This document shows positions 36,006 through 51,000 of a stretch of DNA of 64,000 nucleotides, in pieces (the stretch's first letter is position 1; each line of letters starts with the position of its first letter). The DNA comes from Paecilomyces variotii (lineage: Eukaryota), in NCBI GenBank assembly GCA_004022145.1, contig RCNU01000009.1; one strand, given 5' to 3'. The translations under genes and the position numbers were made by a program. Under the pieces are notes generated by a model. The model saw only the letters and a program-made list of their open reading frames with translations. It was not told where the DNA came from and searched no databases.

Positions 36006-39000
36006 ATGGAAGCGTACCATCGAAAGCCCTGCTGTATCGGCAACGATGACGAAGTACAACCGAGCCAATGCTATTTTCCAAGCTTCGGTGGTTTGACTGG
36101 AGGCAACAAGCGCCAGATGTTGACGGCAGTAGATCTTCAACATGCACAGCGACTTCTGGTCTCAGGAAACTCGGATAGTATACCGCAGACTTTAAGAGTA
36201 GCTTGGGCCTTGGTTCTCAGATGCTATACGGGCTCTGACAACGTTTGTTTTGGCTATGAGGAAACCGCTCATTTGTTGGACAGAGAGGGTTCAAGCAGAT
36301 CTCAGAAAGGAGGCACATGTACGACCTGGTTCAAACTTGAAGATGATATGACTCTATCTACGGTGGTAGAGTATACGAAAGGACTTGTTTCCACCGAACA
36401 GTCAAATCATCCTGCGGAAAGAGACGCCTGTCTTCCAGCAGAGAATACAGCATATAATACTGCATTCCTGTTGAACAATCACACTGAATCTCCCTGTTAC
36501 AGTACAAAGTGTACTATACTTGACTCAGCGTCTGTTGCCAACGGCTCAGAAAAGGTAAGAGGAGAAACTTGTTCTAAAGGCCCCAGTTATTGATTCTCTC
36601 CAGACTAGGGTCCGAATCATTGTAGATCTCTTCTCAGAGGGACCTAAAATCTTTCTTGAATGGAGCTATCCCGATATACCTCCGGAGTTCGCAGCTAATA
36701 TCGCCCACGTTTTCGACCAAGTAGTGGGTAATATTCTTCTGAATTCCCAGAGTACGATCGGCCAAATGGACCTTTGCACCGATCGTGACATGCGACAGAT
36801 ACTGAACTGGAATTCTGAATGCCCTCAAGAGGTCGATAGATGTGTGCATCATCTGATTTATGATAAAGTGCTTGTACACCCTGGAAAAGAAGCCGTGTGT
36901 TCTTGGGATGGCAGCTTTACATATGGCGAGCTCTACGAATTGGCTGTCAAAGTAGCACGTCAGCTTGTGAAACTGGGAGTCCAACAAGAAACTTCGGTAG
37001 CTCTTTGCTTTGAAAAATCCGTAAGTGTAGAGCTCATTTCTTGAAACCAAGTTCCAACTGACATAGAACGATCAGAGATGGAACATCGTGGCAATGATAG
37101 GCGTCTTGATAGCTGGAGGAACCTTTGTTTCCCTCGACGCTTCTCATCCACCATCGCGTCTGCAGCAAATGGTCGAAACCGCTGGAGCACAAGTTATCCT
37201 TTGTTCTCGCAAGAATGTTACAATTGCTCGCGCTCTTGCTGACTGTGTCCTTTCTTTGGACAACGATTGGGCTGAGAGACTGCCAAGCAGTTCAGATGAA
37301 GCGAACTTCTCGCCTTCTGTCACACCCAAAAATGCCGCTTACATCATATTTACTTCAGGGTCTACAGGAGCACCGAAGGTAAAGAATATTGGGAGTTCTA
37401 TGATTGGAAGTATGGAATGCTGATGTGATGATAATCCTAGGCTACTGTCGTCGAGCATCGAGCCTATTGTTCTAGTGCCCATCTACATGGACCTAGAATG
37501 TTAATAGGAGAAGATTCGCGCGTCCTACAGTTCGCCTCTCATACCTTCGATTCCAGTTTGGTGGAGTCTTTGACTACGTTGATGCAAGGAGGATGTGTCT
37601 GCATACCGAATGAGGAAGCGCGTATAAACGATATCGCATCATCCATCAATAGAATGCGTGTCAACCATGCGCTCCTCACACCTTCCTACATTGACTTCGT
37701 GGATGCAGGAGCCGTTCCCGGACTCAAATCACTTGTCTTGATGGGAGAACCTATGTCTCCGGAACATGTGGCAACTTGGTCCAATATCAACCTCGTCAAT
37801 GGATATGGACCTACGGAGAGCTCTGTTGTCGCAGTGGTAAACTCAAAAGTCACAGCCCAGACAGACTGCAAAGATATAGGACGTCCAGTTGGTGTCCGCT
37901 GCTGGATTGTAGATCCACATAATCATGATAAGTTGATGCCTGTCGGCTGCACTGGGGAACTATTATTGGAAGGGCCGACGTTGGCTCGCTGTTATAATGA
38001 TCCACAGAAGACAGCGGAGTCATTCATTTTTGACCCTAAATGGTCAAGAGATCATGCCGAGGAACCTCGACACAGACGGTTTTATAAAACTGGTGACCTA
38101 GTAAGGTACAACTCGACAAACGGGTCACTTAGTTTTGTTGGACGCAAGGATACGCAAATCAAGGTGCACGGCCAGAGAGTTGAGCTCAGGGAAATTGAGC
38201 ATCACATCTCCTCCAGTCGATACACCAAACATGGACTAGTTCTCTTCCCGGATGCTGGATACTGCAAAGGAAAGATTGTAGCCGTGCTGTCTTTGAGAGA
38301 TAACCTTCTGGAGGCGTCGGAGCCAAAGCCAGCGCCGTTGAGTCCGGTAAAGGGAAAGAACTACAATGTTTATGCCACGCAAATTAACCAAGACTTGGCT
38401 AAGAGACTGCCACTTTACATGGTCCCCTCTATGTGGCTGTGCGTCGGATCTGTCCCTCTTCTGCCCTCTGGCAAGCTCGATAGAAAGAGAGTTAGAAATT
38501 GGTTGGAAAGTATGACAGAAGAGCTCTACTGCCAATACACACAGGCTGTTATAGAACCAAGCACAAGTGATATGGAAATCGCAAACACTATGGAACGGGA
38601 AATGCTTTCCATATGGAGCAGCGTGCTTGGTGTCTCTCCAAGTCGAATAGGTTTACATCGCAGCTTTTTGAGTTTGGGCGGGGATTCGATTAGTGCGATG
38701 AGTTGCATGAATCAGTGCAAGAGGAAAGACATCGGCATCACAGTTCATGACGTGTTGCAAAGCAAGTCTATCAAAGAGTTAGCAAGTCGCGCGAAAGTGG
38801 TCCAGCGTTTTACGTACGATGAAGCTGTCGACGAACCGTTTGACCTGTCGCCGATACAAAAGCTGCACTTCCAAGTTCGTGGTGAAAAGGAAGGACATTT
38901 TAACCAAAGCTTTTTCCTTCGCGCTACACGAAAGATAGACGCCAGTGACCTGCGTCGTTCAGTCGAGGTCATAATTCTGCGCCACTCCATGCTCCGCGCC

Positions 39001-42000
39001 CGCTTTGGTAGAACTGGAACCAATAAAGAGTGGCAACAGCGCATAACAAAAGACGTACATACGTCCTATCGATTCCGTGTGCACAACATATGCAATATTA
39101 GCGAAACTAAACGTGCGATAGCAGATAGCCAAGCATGCTTGGATATTGCCCTTGGACCCATGCTGGCATTCGACCTTTTCAACATAGAAGGTCAAAGTCA
39201 GCTAGTATCTATGATTGGCCATCATCTAGTAATAGATCTGGTTTCATGGCGCGTCATTCTGGAAGAGTTGGAAGAGTCATTGACAAACCCTGACAGTTTC
39301 TCACTTCCAGAGCTTTCGTTACCCTTTCAAACATGGTGTCGTTTACAACGCGATCGGTGCAGTATACAGGCTGCAGAACAGTACTTTCCGCCAGAGGATA
39401 TCCCTTCCGTGGACTTCCAATATTGGGGAATGGAAAATCACCCAAATCTATACGGAGATGTTATATCGGAAGGATTCGAAATCGACTCAACCACAACGTC
39501 TCTGCTGCTGACAGAATGCCACAAAGCCTTACGAACAGAGTTTATAGACATATTGATCGCCACTCTTTTGCACACTTTCTGCGTGGTTTTCCCAGATCAC
39601 CCGGTTCCGGCGATCTATAACGAAAGCCATGGCCGAGAACCATGGGACATATCTATTGACGTCTCGCGGACCATCGGATGGTTCACAACTCTCTATCCCA
39701 TTGCTGTCAAAGTGAAGCCTTCTGATAGTATTATACGGACATTGATACAGGTTAAAGACCTGCGTCGACGGGTGCCGGATAGCGGCCGCACATACTTCGC
39801 AGCTCATATGCTCAATAGCCAAAAGTCCGAAAAGCACAGCCACATATATCCAATGGAGATGATTTTTAACTACCTTGGGCAGTATCAGCAACTTGAAAGA
39901 AAGGACTCCTTATTTCAGGCAGTCGATAATATGGCTGGGGAGGCTCGGGGGGCTGGAGGAGCAGCGGATGTGGGAGAGACAACGCCCCGTTTTGGACTTT
40001 TCGAAATATCTGCAGTTGTGTTGCGGAACAAATTACGGTTCTCCTTCACCTTCAATCGGAATTCGAAACACCAAGATAGGGTGCTTGATTGGATCTCTCA
40101 GACTCAGCTGGCGATCTGCCAAGTTTCAACAGAATTGGCTTCAATGAAGCCGCGCCTTACGCTCAGCGATTTCCCGCTCCTAAATTTAGATTACCCACAG
40201 CTCGAGACCATGGTCCTGGAAAAGTTGCCCGGCATTGGCGTCACGTCTATGGAGAACATTGAAGAGGCCTATCCTTGCTCATCGACGCAGAAAGGTATCA
40301 TTTTCAGTCAAATGAGGAACACTTCGTTCTACAACGTCAGTTGCACATATGCAGTGAAAGCTAGAGAAGGCGAAGTGATCGATATCAGCAGACTCTGCAA
40401 TGCATGGAGAAGAGTCATTGAACGGCACGGAATACTTCGAACTGTCTTTGTGGAGAACATGACGGATAAAGATGTTTATTCTCAGATTGTGCTTAGGCAA
40501 TTTGTACCTGAGATTTGTCAATTTGAATGCAGTGAAGACAGCGAGGTGCTGCAGACATTGGACAGACAACATAATGTGGACTACAGTCGCCACAGGCCAG
40601 CACACCGATTCACGATATGTCGAACTACTGTAGGAGGGTTATATTTCAGGCTTGAAATGAGTCATGCGATCATGGATGGGGAGTCAATCTCGATTATTTT
40701 ACGCGATCTGGCCCAGGCATATGAAGGGGCACTTGGCGTCGAGTCTGTACCACGATTCAGCAGCTTCATCCGTTATTTACGTGCAAGACCACTAAACCGT
40801 GGTATTGAATACTGGTCCTCGTACTTGATGGATATGGAACCTTGTCATTTCCCGACTTTGAATGATGGCGAAGATTCAGACCACAAGCTATGCACATTAC
40901 GATTACCATTCAGTAATTTCTCAGCGCTGCAGTCAGTATGCGCAAAAAATGGCTTAACCATGTCCAACGTCTTCCACGCCGCATGGAGTTTGACACTCCG
41001 CTGCTATTGTGGTTCGGACGATGTTTGTTTTGGATACCTCTCATCGGGGAGAGATGCCCCTGTTGATGGTATAGAAGAGATGGTCGGGCCAATTATCAAT
41101 ATTTTACCCTGTCGAGTCAAAATCGCTGCTCATGTCTCTCTGAACGTGATCATGACTGATATTCAGAAAGACTACTCCGAATGTATCCCCTACAGACATA
41201 CAGCACTCGCAGATATCCAGCATACCCTGAAACTCTCAGATACTTCGCTTTTCAATACTTGCGTATCCTATCGCAAGCTCACATCGAAAGTCACTGCCGA
41301 GGGACATTCTCTATTTACACAGCTTGGGGAAACACAAGATCCGACAGAATATCAATTGTCAGTAAATATTGAAGCCTCCGATGACGATCTCGCTATTACC
41401 ATGGACTACTGGAACGACGCTATAGCGCATGAACAAGCCACGAACATAGCCGGAACCTTCTTGCGGTCGCTGCAAAACATCCTTGAACATCCAACAGAGG
41501 AGGTAGGGATGCTAGATACGATTAGTGACGACAATAAACGGCAAATAGCAATCTGGAATAACAGCTTGCCTGCCAGCGTCAGTTGTTGTATTCACGAGGT
41601 GATCGAGGAGCAAGTCAAAAAGCGACCAGACTCTGAAGCTATATGTGCCTGGGACGGATCTTTCACGTATGCAGAGCTTAGTGACTTATCATCGAAATTA
41701 GCAGATCATCTCATTCAGCTCGGACTCACTGCCGAGACCTTCGTACCTTTATGCTTCGACAAATCGGCATGGATGATAATTTCAATGCTGGCAGTGTTGA
41801 AGGCAGGGGCTTGTTGTGTCCCTCTAGATGCGACATACCCTAAGTCATCTCTACATGCTAGGATAGTCGATATCGGTGCCCGGGTCATTCTCGCAGCCCC
41901 AGAATGGACACACCTATTTGACCGTATTGTTCCCGACATCGTCACCGTGAGCAAACACTTCATGGAAAGCTTGCCAGCGAATAGTGCAAGGTCATATACA

Positions 42001-45000
42001 ATAGCGAGACCTTCGAACGCTGCATTTGTCATCTTCACATCTGGTAGCACAGGAAAACCCAAGGGCGTCGTCCTTGAGCACAGAGCGTTCATCACTAGTG
42101 CTATTAGCCATGGGTCTGCACTCGGAGTCAGCGACTCTACAAGATTCTTGCAGTTCGCTGGTTATACTTTCGATCTCAGCCTCGAAGAAATATTCACGAC
42201 CCTTGTGCACGGAGGTTGTGTCTGCGTGCCGTCAGATAGTGATCGACTGGGTAATCTTGCTACAGCTATCAATACGCTGAAAGCAAACTTTGTCGATCTT
42301 ACACCTACAGTGGCGAGTTTACTCTGTCCTAGCGATGTCCCAGGCATAAAGGCAATTGCGGTTGGGGGCGAACCCTTGACAAATGATGTAAGGGAGTTAT
42401 GGGGAAAGCACGTACCTCTATACAACGTGTACGGCCCGTCCGAATGTTCAGTAAATTGCACTGTGAACCCCAATGCCGGCGAATCGAAGGAAATCAACAA
42501 TATTGGTCGCAGCATTGGAAGTATATCTTGGGTAGTGGATCCGAGAGACCATGACCTTCTAGTTCCTATAGGTTGCGTTGGTGAGTTACTGGTCGAAGGT
42601 CCAATTCTCGCCCGTGGTTATCTCAACGATGAAGAGAAGACGAAAGAATCGTTCATCGAAAACCCCAAATGGAGACCAATGTTCCAATGCAATGGCGGTA
42701 CTTATAGGGAACGTGAGGATAGTGAAAACCCTAGATGGAGAATGTACAAAACTGGCGATCTGGTCCGATACAATTCCGATGGGTCGCTGGTCTACTTGGG
42801 ACGAAAGGATTCCCAAGTAAAACTCAATGGGCGGCGTATAGAGCTTGGCGAGATCGAATATCACATCAAGAGTGGCCTTCCTACTAGAGGCCAAGCGGCG
42901 GTTGACTTGATCACAGTCAGAAATGAGAAGCTGGACGGAAATGTTCTGGTAGCTTTTGTGCTACTAGAAAATATCGACGCAAATCACATAGACGATGAGC
43001 AATGTTTATTGCCGATGTCTAATATGTTCAGATCTACTATGTCCTCTTTGGAGGCTGCTCTATCTGGCTCGTTACCACGTTCGATGATCCCACAGCTATG
43101 GATACCAGTTGCAAGTATGCCACTCACTTCATCTGGCAAACTAAATCGTCGAAAACTAAGAGGGTTGGTCCAAAGCCTTTCGGCGAAAGATATATCTTCT
43201 TACAGGATGGGAGAGAAAAGCGGCAGACGCCCGTCAACACCGGCTGAGAACCTGCTCCAGATGCTGTGGGCTTCGGTCCTAGGTGTGGAAGCTAGAAATA
43301 TCGGCGCTGATGATACGTTCTTTATTCACGGAGGAGACTCAGTTGGAGCTATTCGACTTGCCTCTACTGCGAGGGAAGTTGGTTTGACACTCACCGTAGC
43401 GAATATCTTCCAGACACCAACACTCTCGGAAATGGCGAAAAATGTCACTTCGTCGTTGGGTAATTTGAGCAATGATCCAACATTTACCTACACGTCCTTT
43501 TCCCTCATACCCGAAGGAATTTCTGCCAGCAATCTGAAGAAAGAGATAGCTACACTCTGTAAAGTTGGCGTCGAATTTCTAGAGGATATATACCCGTGTA
43601 CACCGATCCAGGAAGGACTCGTCGCGCTTACGGAAGGACAGCCAGAAGCATACATAACGAGGAATATTTATCGCTTGCCCAAGAGTATCGACATCGAAAG
43701 GTTTAAGCGTTCTTGGGAGGCCGCCTGGCAATCACAACCCATCCTTCGGACAAGAGTGGTGCACACGAGGACTAACGGATTTTTCCAAACAGTGATCAAA
43801 CAGCCAATGAATTGGAGGTCATTAGGGCAGCTCGAGGATCTACCGGGGATTTGCGCCTCATTGCCGTTTACAAATGGGGGTGTTCTTAGTGAGTACACCA
43901 TTATTGGCCGAGATAAGGAAACTCGATACTTCGTGTGGACCATTCACCATGCACTTTACGATGGCTGGAGCATACCCATACTTCTCGATACGGTTGAAAG
44001 ACTGTACAATAGCACCCACGATTCAACGCAGACAGTAGCGGCCAATTACACTGCGTTCATAGGATTTCTATCTGCTATTGATGAACAGGAATCCGACAAT
44101 TTCTGGCGCTCACGTCTGGAAAGCCCTGCGTCTGTACAATTTCCCCGTCTCATTGACCAGTCTTACCGAGTCGAAGCAAATGATACCCTACAACGTACTT
44201 CGAGGATATTGAGGCCTTCATTACCTGATATAACTGTGTCTTCATTAGTGAGGGCGGCTTGGGCCCTTACGCTTTCGGCCTTCTCAGGATCCGATGATGT
44301 AGTGTTCGGGGAAATCCTGACAGGCCGCGATGTTCCCGTCAAAGGCATCACTGAAATTATTGGTCCTACCATGGCGATTGTTCCTACCAGAGTGAAGATT
44401 GGCAAGGACACGAGTGTTAAGTGCTTTTTAGAACTTGTCCAGAAGCAACTGACAGAAACACTTCCGTATCAATTCGCAGGTTTGCACAATATCAAGCGAC
44501 TTAGTGAGGATGCATTAATATCTTGTGATTTTCAGAATATACTCACAATCGAACATGAAAGAGAAGGGCCGTCTGAAGAGATGTGGAATCTCCTGCAGAA
44601 AGAATCTTTACAGTCTCGGTTTTTCACGTATCCTCTCAATGTTACGTGTAAAGTTGGTTATGAGAAGCTGGAGATCCTTGCGAATTACGACAAACATGTT
44701 ATACCGGCAGTACAAACAGAGAGGCTATTCTCCCAACTCGAGACGTTTCTCGAGAAGCTGTGCTCGAGTGACAATCAAGAAAAGAAAATCGGCCAACTGG
44801 AACTTCTTGGACACGAAGACCTCATGACCATACAAAAATGGAACTCGAAACAGCTAAAGATTGTTGACAGGTGCATTCACGACATGGTACATGACAATGC
44901 AATATCTCAACCTGAAGCACCAGCAGTATGCTCATGGGACGTCACATTGACCTATGAAGAACTCGATAAAATGTCAACATTGCTTGCACGTTATATATCT

Positions 45001-48000
45001 GAATATAAGCCACGGCAAGGAAATGCCTGGTTTGTTCCAATGTGCTTAAATCCGTCAGGCGTCTCTATCGTTGCTATTTTGGGGATACTGAAGGCTGGTG
45101 CGGCTTTTGTACCTTTGGATCCGAAGCATCCGACTTCGCGGTTGAGAGCTATAGTCAAAGATCTCACATCTGAAATTATTATATGCTCAGAGGGGTATGA
45201 AAATTTGTGTAGGGGGTTTTCAAATAGAGTTCTTCCTATCAACATTGCACTGCTGAAGGACCAATCTCTTTCTGAGTTTGAAACTCCCCTCTGCACACCC
45301 AATGACCCGGCATATATAATGTTCACCTCAGGAACCACGGGAAATCCCAAAGGGATAATAAGTACAGCACACTATTTCATATATGTAATTGTGTACTGGC
45401 AACGCTGACACATCACAGTTGAACATGCCGGTTTTTGCTCTGGATCTCGTAAGCAGGCAGCAGCTTCGCTGATATCACACGACTCCAGAGTGTTGCAATT
45501 TGCCTCTTACACATTTGATGCAAGCCTCATTGAGATACTGACAACTCTCCTTGCTGGTGGATGTGTCTGTGTGCCGGATGAGAATACTCGGCTTAACGCC
45601 CTTGGAGACGCTATCAACAAAATGGAAGTGACTACAGCCATTCTCACCCCATCAGTCGCCCAATTACTTAGACCTTCGGAACTTCCAGGTCTGCGGACTC
45701 TAGTACTTGTCGGTGAGCCAATGACCCAGAATCACATCTCGACCTGGGCTCAGAGTGTTGTTCTCGTCAATGGGTATGGACCCAGCGAATGTTCCGTGGC
45801 GGCAGCTTTCAAGACAGGAATGACAACAAAGACAGACCCGAAAAACCTTGGACATCCCGTAGACACTTGCTGGATTGTGGACCCAAACAATCACCATAGG
45901 CTTATGCCGGTTGGTTGTACAGGCGAATTGGTTATCGAGGGGCCGACTGTTGGCAGAGGGTATCTCAATAACGAAGCCAAAACAGATGAATCATTCATCC
46001 GCAACCCAGGCTGGCCTGTAACAGGGATATACCCTTTTACAAATCATGAAAGGCGTGTGTATAAGACTGGTGATCTGGTCAAGTATGCTCCTGATTGTTC
46101 TGGTGAGATCTTATACGTTGGCCGCAAAGATAACCAAGCCAAACTCCACGGACAGCGCATTGAACTTGAGGAAGTGGAATATTACCTCAGAAAAGAAAAT
46201 CTAGTTCACCAGGCCATTGTGGCACTACCGAAACTAGGTCCTTGTGCCGGAAAATTAGTAGCTGCTTTGGCTCTGAAAGACCTTACGAGCTCTTCCTCTT
46301 TAGAAGAGTTTACAGTGGTTGACGGAAGGTCTGTTTCAACCAACATCGCAAATATCAGGAGACGACTTGAGTCTGTTGTCCCTCTGTACATGATACCATC
46401 CCGCTGGATAGTGTTGCGAAGACTTCCATTGATGCCCTCTGGGAAGTTGGATAGGAACGCAATCACGCAGTTTCTCGGGAGGTTGAGCGAGGACACTTAT
46501 GGACGAATGGCCTCTTACGAACTTGACGACACCGACGAATCCCGGAAGGCCAATGCTACAGAATACCGTCTTCAAGAAATATGGAGCGAGGTTCTGAATC
46601 TTCCGATAGGGAAAATAGGATTGAATCGATCGTTTATTCGTCTTGTGAGTGCAGGCAGCCCTTCCATCGCAAAATGGAGACTAATGCATTCTCAGGGTGG
46701 GGACAGTATGTCAGCAATGCAGGTAATGTCCAAATGCCGGTCAGAGAATCTAGCAGTCACTGTTAGAGATATCATGTCCAGCCGATCTATCACAGAACTC
46801 GCCCTCTTGGCCACTGTACCGGAAGAAGTTCGATATGATGATGAAGATGAACAGGAATTTGACTTGTCCCCGATACAAAAACTCTATTTCCTATACGTGA
46901 ATGGAAAAGATACTCGTTTCAACCAGAGTATAATGCTGCAAGTCAAACAGTCTGCAAGCCCACATCCAGTTGAAGCGGCATTTGACATACTCGTGAGGCG
47001 GCATCCAATGCTACGTGCTCGGTTTTCCAGATCTGGTGACAATATCTGGAGACAGCATATTCACCATACAGTGGACGGATCATACCATCTATCTATTTTC
47101 AAAGACAAGAGGGATTCAGAGATCGAGCGAATCATGGAATCCATGCAGAAGAGTCTCAGCATCACCGAAGGCCCACTCATAGCTGCTGCTTTGTTCCAGA
47201 CTAGGTCTGATGATGATATCCTCTTCATGACTGCTCATCATCTTGTGGTGGATATAGTATCATGGCGTATCATCATTGAAGATCTAGAGAACCTTTTACA
47301 ATCTCTACCAATAACAGTCCCACCCTCTGTCTCATTTAGGACGTGGTGCCGACTTCAGACAGAAAAAGCAAGAACGCAAAAATCAGGATTTCCGCTCCCA
47401 CTCGAGGGTGATATTCCAATTGCTGACTTTTCTTACTGGGGTATGCAAGAGCACGTCAATCTTTACAGGGATATTACAACTGAGGACATTAAACTCGATT
47501 ATCACATCAGTCAAAAGCTATTGACGTTCTGCCGTGTAGACGGAGAGACAGAAATTGTCAATGTGATACTAGCGGCACTGCTACTGTCATTTGCTGCTAC
47601 ATTCACGGATCGCGAGAGACCCCCTGCGATCTATAACGAGGGACATGGGCGTGAAACTTGGGACTCAAGCATTGATCCTTGGCATACTGTTGGATGGTTT
47701 ACGACGCTCACTCCTGTGCATCTGCCAAGGCAGAAGCATTCCCTTGAAGGTAAGCAAATTCCATCACAACCTATGCCCGAAACCCTTTTTAATGGAAGAT
47801 TTCACGAGTCGCTAAGTGACTGACACAACTTGCATCCAGACGGCGACTTTGCCAAATGCGTTCGTTGGATCAAGGACTTGCGCAACCGAACACCTCATCA
47901 AGGCCGTCAATACTTTGCCCGTCGATTCCTGACAAGTGATGGCGATTACTATAAAAGTCATTGGCCAATGGAAATTATATTCAACTACCTAGGGCAGTTC

Positions 48001-51000
48001 AATGACTACGGAAGCTCAAATGCTTTACTTCGACCGCTTAATGGAACAGGCCAAGCGATAAACGCAACGACTGACATTGGAAACGACGTACCTCGCTTTG
48101 CGCTACTTGAGATATCTGCGATGATCAACCAAGGGTCTTTGGATATTTCGTTCTCATACAACAGATTTATGACACGCCAGAATGAGCTGCGGATGTGGTT
48201 CAACAATTTCACAAACATGCTCCGACTGGCCCCCGAACAGCTCAGGAAGTATAGAACTGGACCGACATTGAGTGACTTTCCTCTTCTTCCTCTAACATAT
48301 GACGGAATAGAGCACCTGTCCCAGCAGTTGAATAGCCTAGGCATTTCATCACTGGAGGAAGTCGAAAACGTGTTTCCTTGTTCCCCGATGCAGCTGGGGA
48401 TGCTCTTGTCTCAATTGAGAGACCCCCAGAAATATGCTTACACGGCAATCTTTGAAATTCGGTCGACTGAAGCCGACAAACCTGTCGATATTGAAAGGCT
48501 TGAGGCGGCATGGCAGCACGTAGTACAGCGCCATCAATCGTTACGGACGATCTTTATTGATAGCCTTCCCGGCGAATCTTTCATGGATCAGGTGGTCCTC
48601 AAAGCCACATGCCCTAGGACACTCTGCTATGAGTGCGACGATGAGAAGGCATATGAGTTTCTATCTAACATCGAACGTCTGGACTACACAGATAGGAAAC
48701 CTCCACATCGATTAGCAATCTGCAAGACAGATTCGGGACGCATCCTGTGCCGTTTTGACTTTAGCCATGCCATATGCGACGGTTCTTCTATGCCGCTTCT
48801 TCTGCGAGATCTTTCCAATTCGTATATGAGAAGAGGACCAGAACGATCAGTAGGACGTGTGTGCAGCGATTTTATCCAATATCTACAGTCGGGTTCTAAA
48901 GCTCAATCTATTACATACTGGAAGAAGTACGTCGACGGTATAGAGCCTTGCATCTTTCCGTCACTCTGTGAAGATAAAGGAGAAAAACGGCTCAAATCAC
49001 GAGTGCTAGAATTGCAAAACATGAACGGCCTACACAAGTTCTGCAGAGACGCAGGAGTGACTGTGTCTAATTTGCTCCAGCTGGTCTGGGGTTTAGTCCT
49101 TCGATGTTACACGGGTTCTGGCGATATCTGTTTCGGTTATTTAGCTTCGGGAAGGGATATACCAGTCAGCGGTATACAGGATGCCATCGGAGCTTTCATC
49201 AACATGCTAGTATGCCGGATTAGGCTCACAGACGAACTCAGCTTGATCGATGTCCTACTCAGAGCTAAGACGGATTTCGTCAGAAGTATGGAGCATCAGG
49301 CTGTCTCTCTCGCCGAAGTGCAACATATCCTTGGACTGTCGGAGACGCCCCTGTTCAATACTGTCTTCAACTATCAAAGACGTCAAATCGAAGGATCCGA
49401 GAATGGCTCATTGGTTTTTGACCTTCTTGAAGTGAATGACCCTAGCGAGTATATGATTGTTGTCAACGTGGAAGCGTCAGACCACTCTCTGGAGGTTCAC
49501 TTTAGCTATTGGTCTAATAGCCTGTCTGATGAAAACGCAGAATACATCGTCGACACTTTCGGGCACATTCTGGATGACATTCTTCATCGAGATCGCGTCA
49601 GCACAATCGGAGATCTCAACTTTGCCAGCCCTCGCCATTACCAGCGCCTGTGCTATTGGAATGACAGGGTGCCTGAAAGAGTTGAAAGATGTGTTCATGA
49701 AATCATTGCAGAGCACGCCTTGACACGCCCACCCTCAACACCAGCAGTCTGTGCCTGGGATGCGAGCTTTACTTACGAAGAGCTTGAGAGACTATCGATG
49801 ACTCTAGCAATACATTTACGGGCGCACGGCGTTCAAGCAGAAGTCTTCGTAACACTGTGTTTTGAAAAGTCCGCGTGGGCTATTGTTGCTCAACTTGCTG
49901 TTCTTAAGGCAGGCGGTGCCTTTGTCTCACTCGATCCAGCGCACCCAGAAAAACGCTTGCGGGACCTTGTAGAGACTACCAATGGTCCCCTTACTTTATG
50001 CTCCTCGAAGTATAAAAATAAGGCTCGCCGGATTTCGAAACTAGCTCTTGTTGTTAGTCGAGATGCTATGTGCAGGATGGACGATATCTCACCTTCGTTT
50101 ACCCCAGCTTGCACCAAACCCACCAATGCGGCTTATATGATCTTTACTTCCGGTTCCACAGGAAAGCCAAAAGGCACAGTCATCGAACATGTTTCAATTT
50201 CCACCAACTCGTTTGCCTTCATGAAAGCATTTCACATGAACTCTATGAGTCGTGTGTTCCAGTTTGCATCTTACACGTTTGATGCTAGTATCATGGAAAT
50301 TCTGAGTACGTTGGTCAGTGGCGGCTGCATCTGTATACCGAGCGATGATGATCGATTGAATGATATAGCTGGGGCTATAAGGCGCTTAAATGCTGATTGG
50401 GCTTTTATGACGCCGGCTGTTGGGAATACTATAAACCCTGAGGAAGTCCCTACGCTGAAGACCCTTCTCTCAGGTGGCGAGGCTATGCCAGCGGAGTTTA
50501 TTGAGAAATGGGCAAAGAGCACATGTCTCATTAACGCATATGGCCCAACAGAATGCACTGTCTTGTGCATTGGAGATACAAAAGTCGACTCTGGAGGCGA
50601 CATCGTCAATCGGGATCCCAGAACAATCGGACGTGCTGTTTCTGGACGTTCGTGGATAACGGATCCGCAAAACCACCATCGTCTTATGCCAGTTGGAGCA
50701 ATCGGTGAGCTCATAATTGAAGGTTGCGCTGTTGCACGTGGATATCTCAACGACGAAGCTAGAACCAGGGAAGTTTTCGTTGAAGCCCCAGCGTGGGCAA
50801 GGGACCGCCACCTAACAGGCATTCCAGAGCCTAAAGGACGCATGTACCGGACAGGAGATCTCGTGCGATACAATCTCGACGGAAGCATCAGCTATCTGTC
50901 TCGAATAGACAACCAGGTCAAGCTTAATGGCCAGCGCGTGGAGTTAGGGGAGATCGAATATCAATGCAGAAAATGCCTTCCTGACGAAAGCCAAGTGGCT

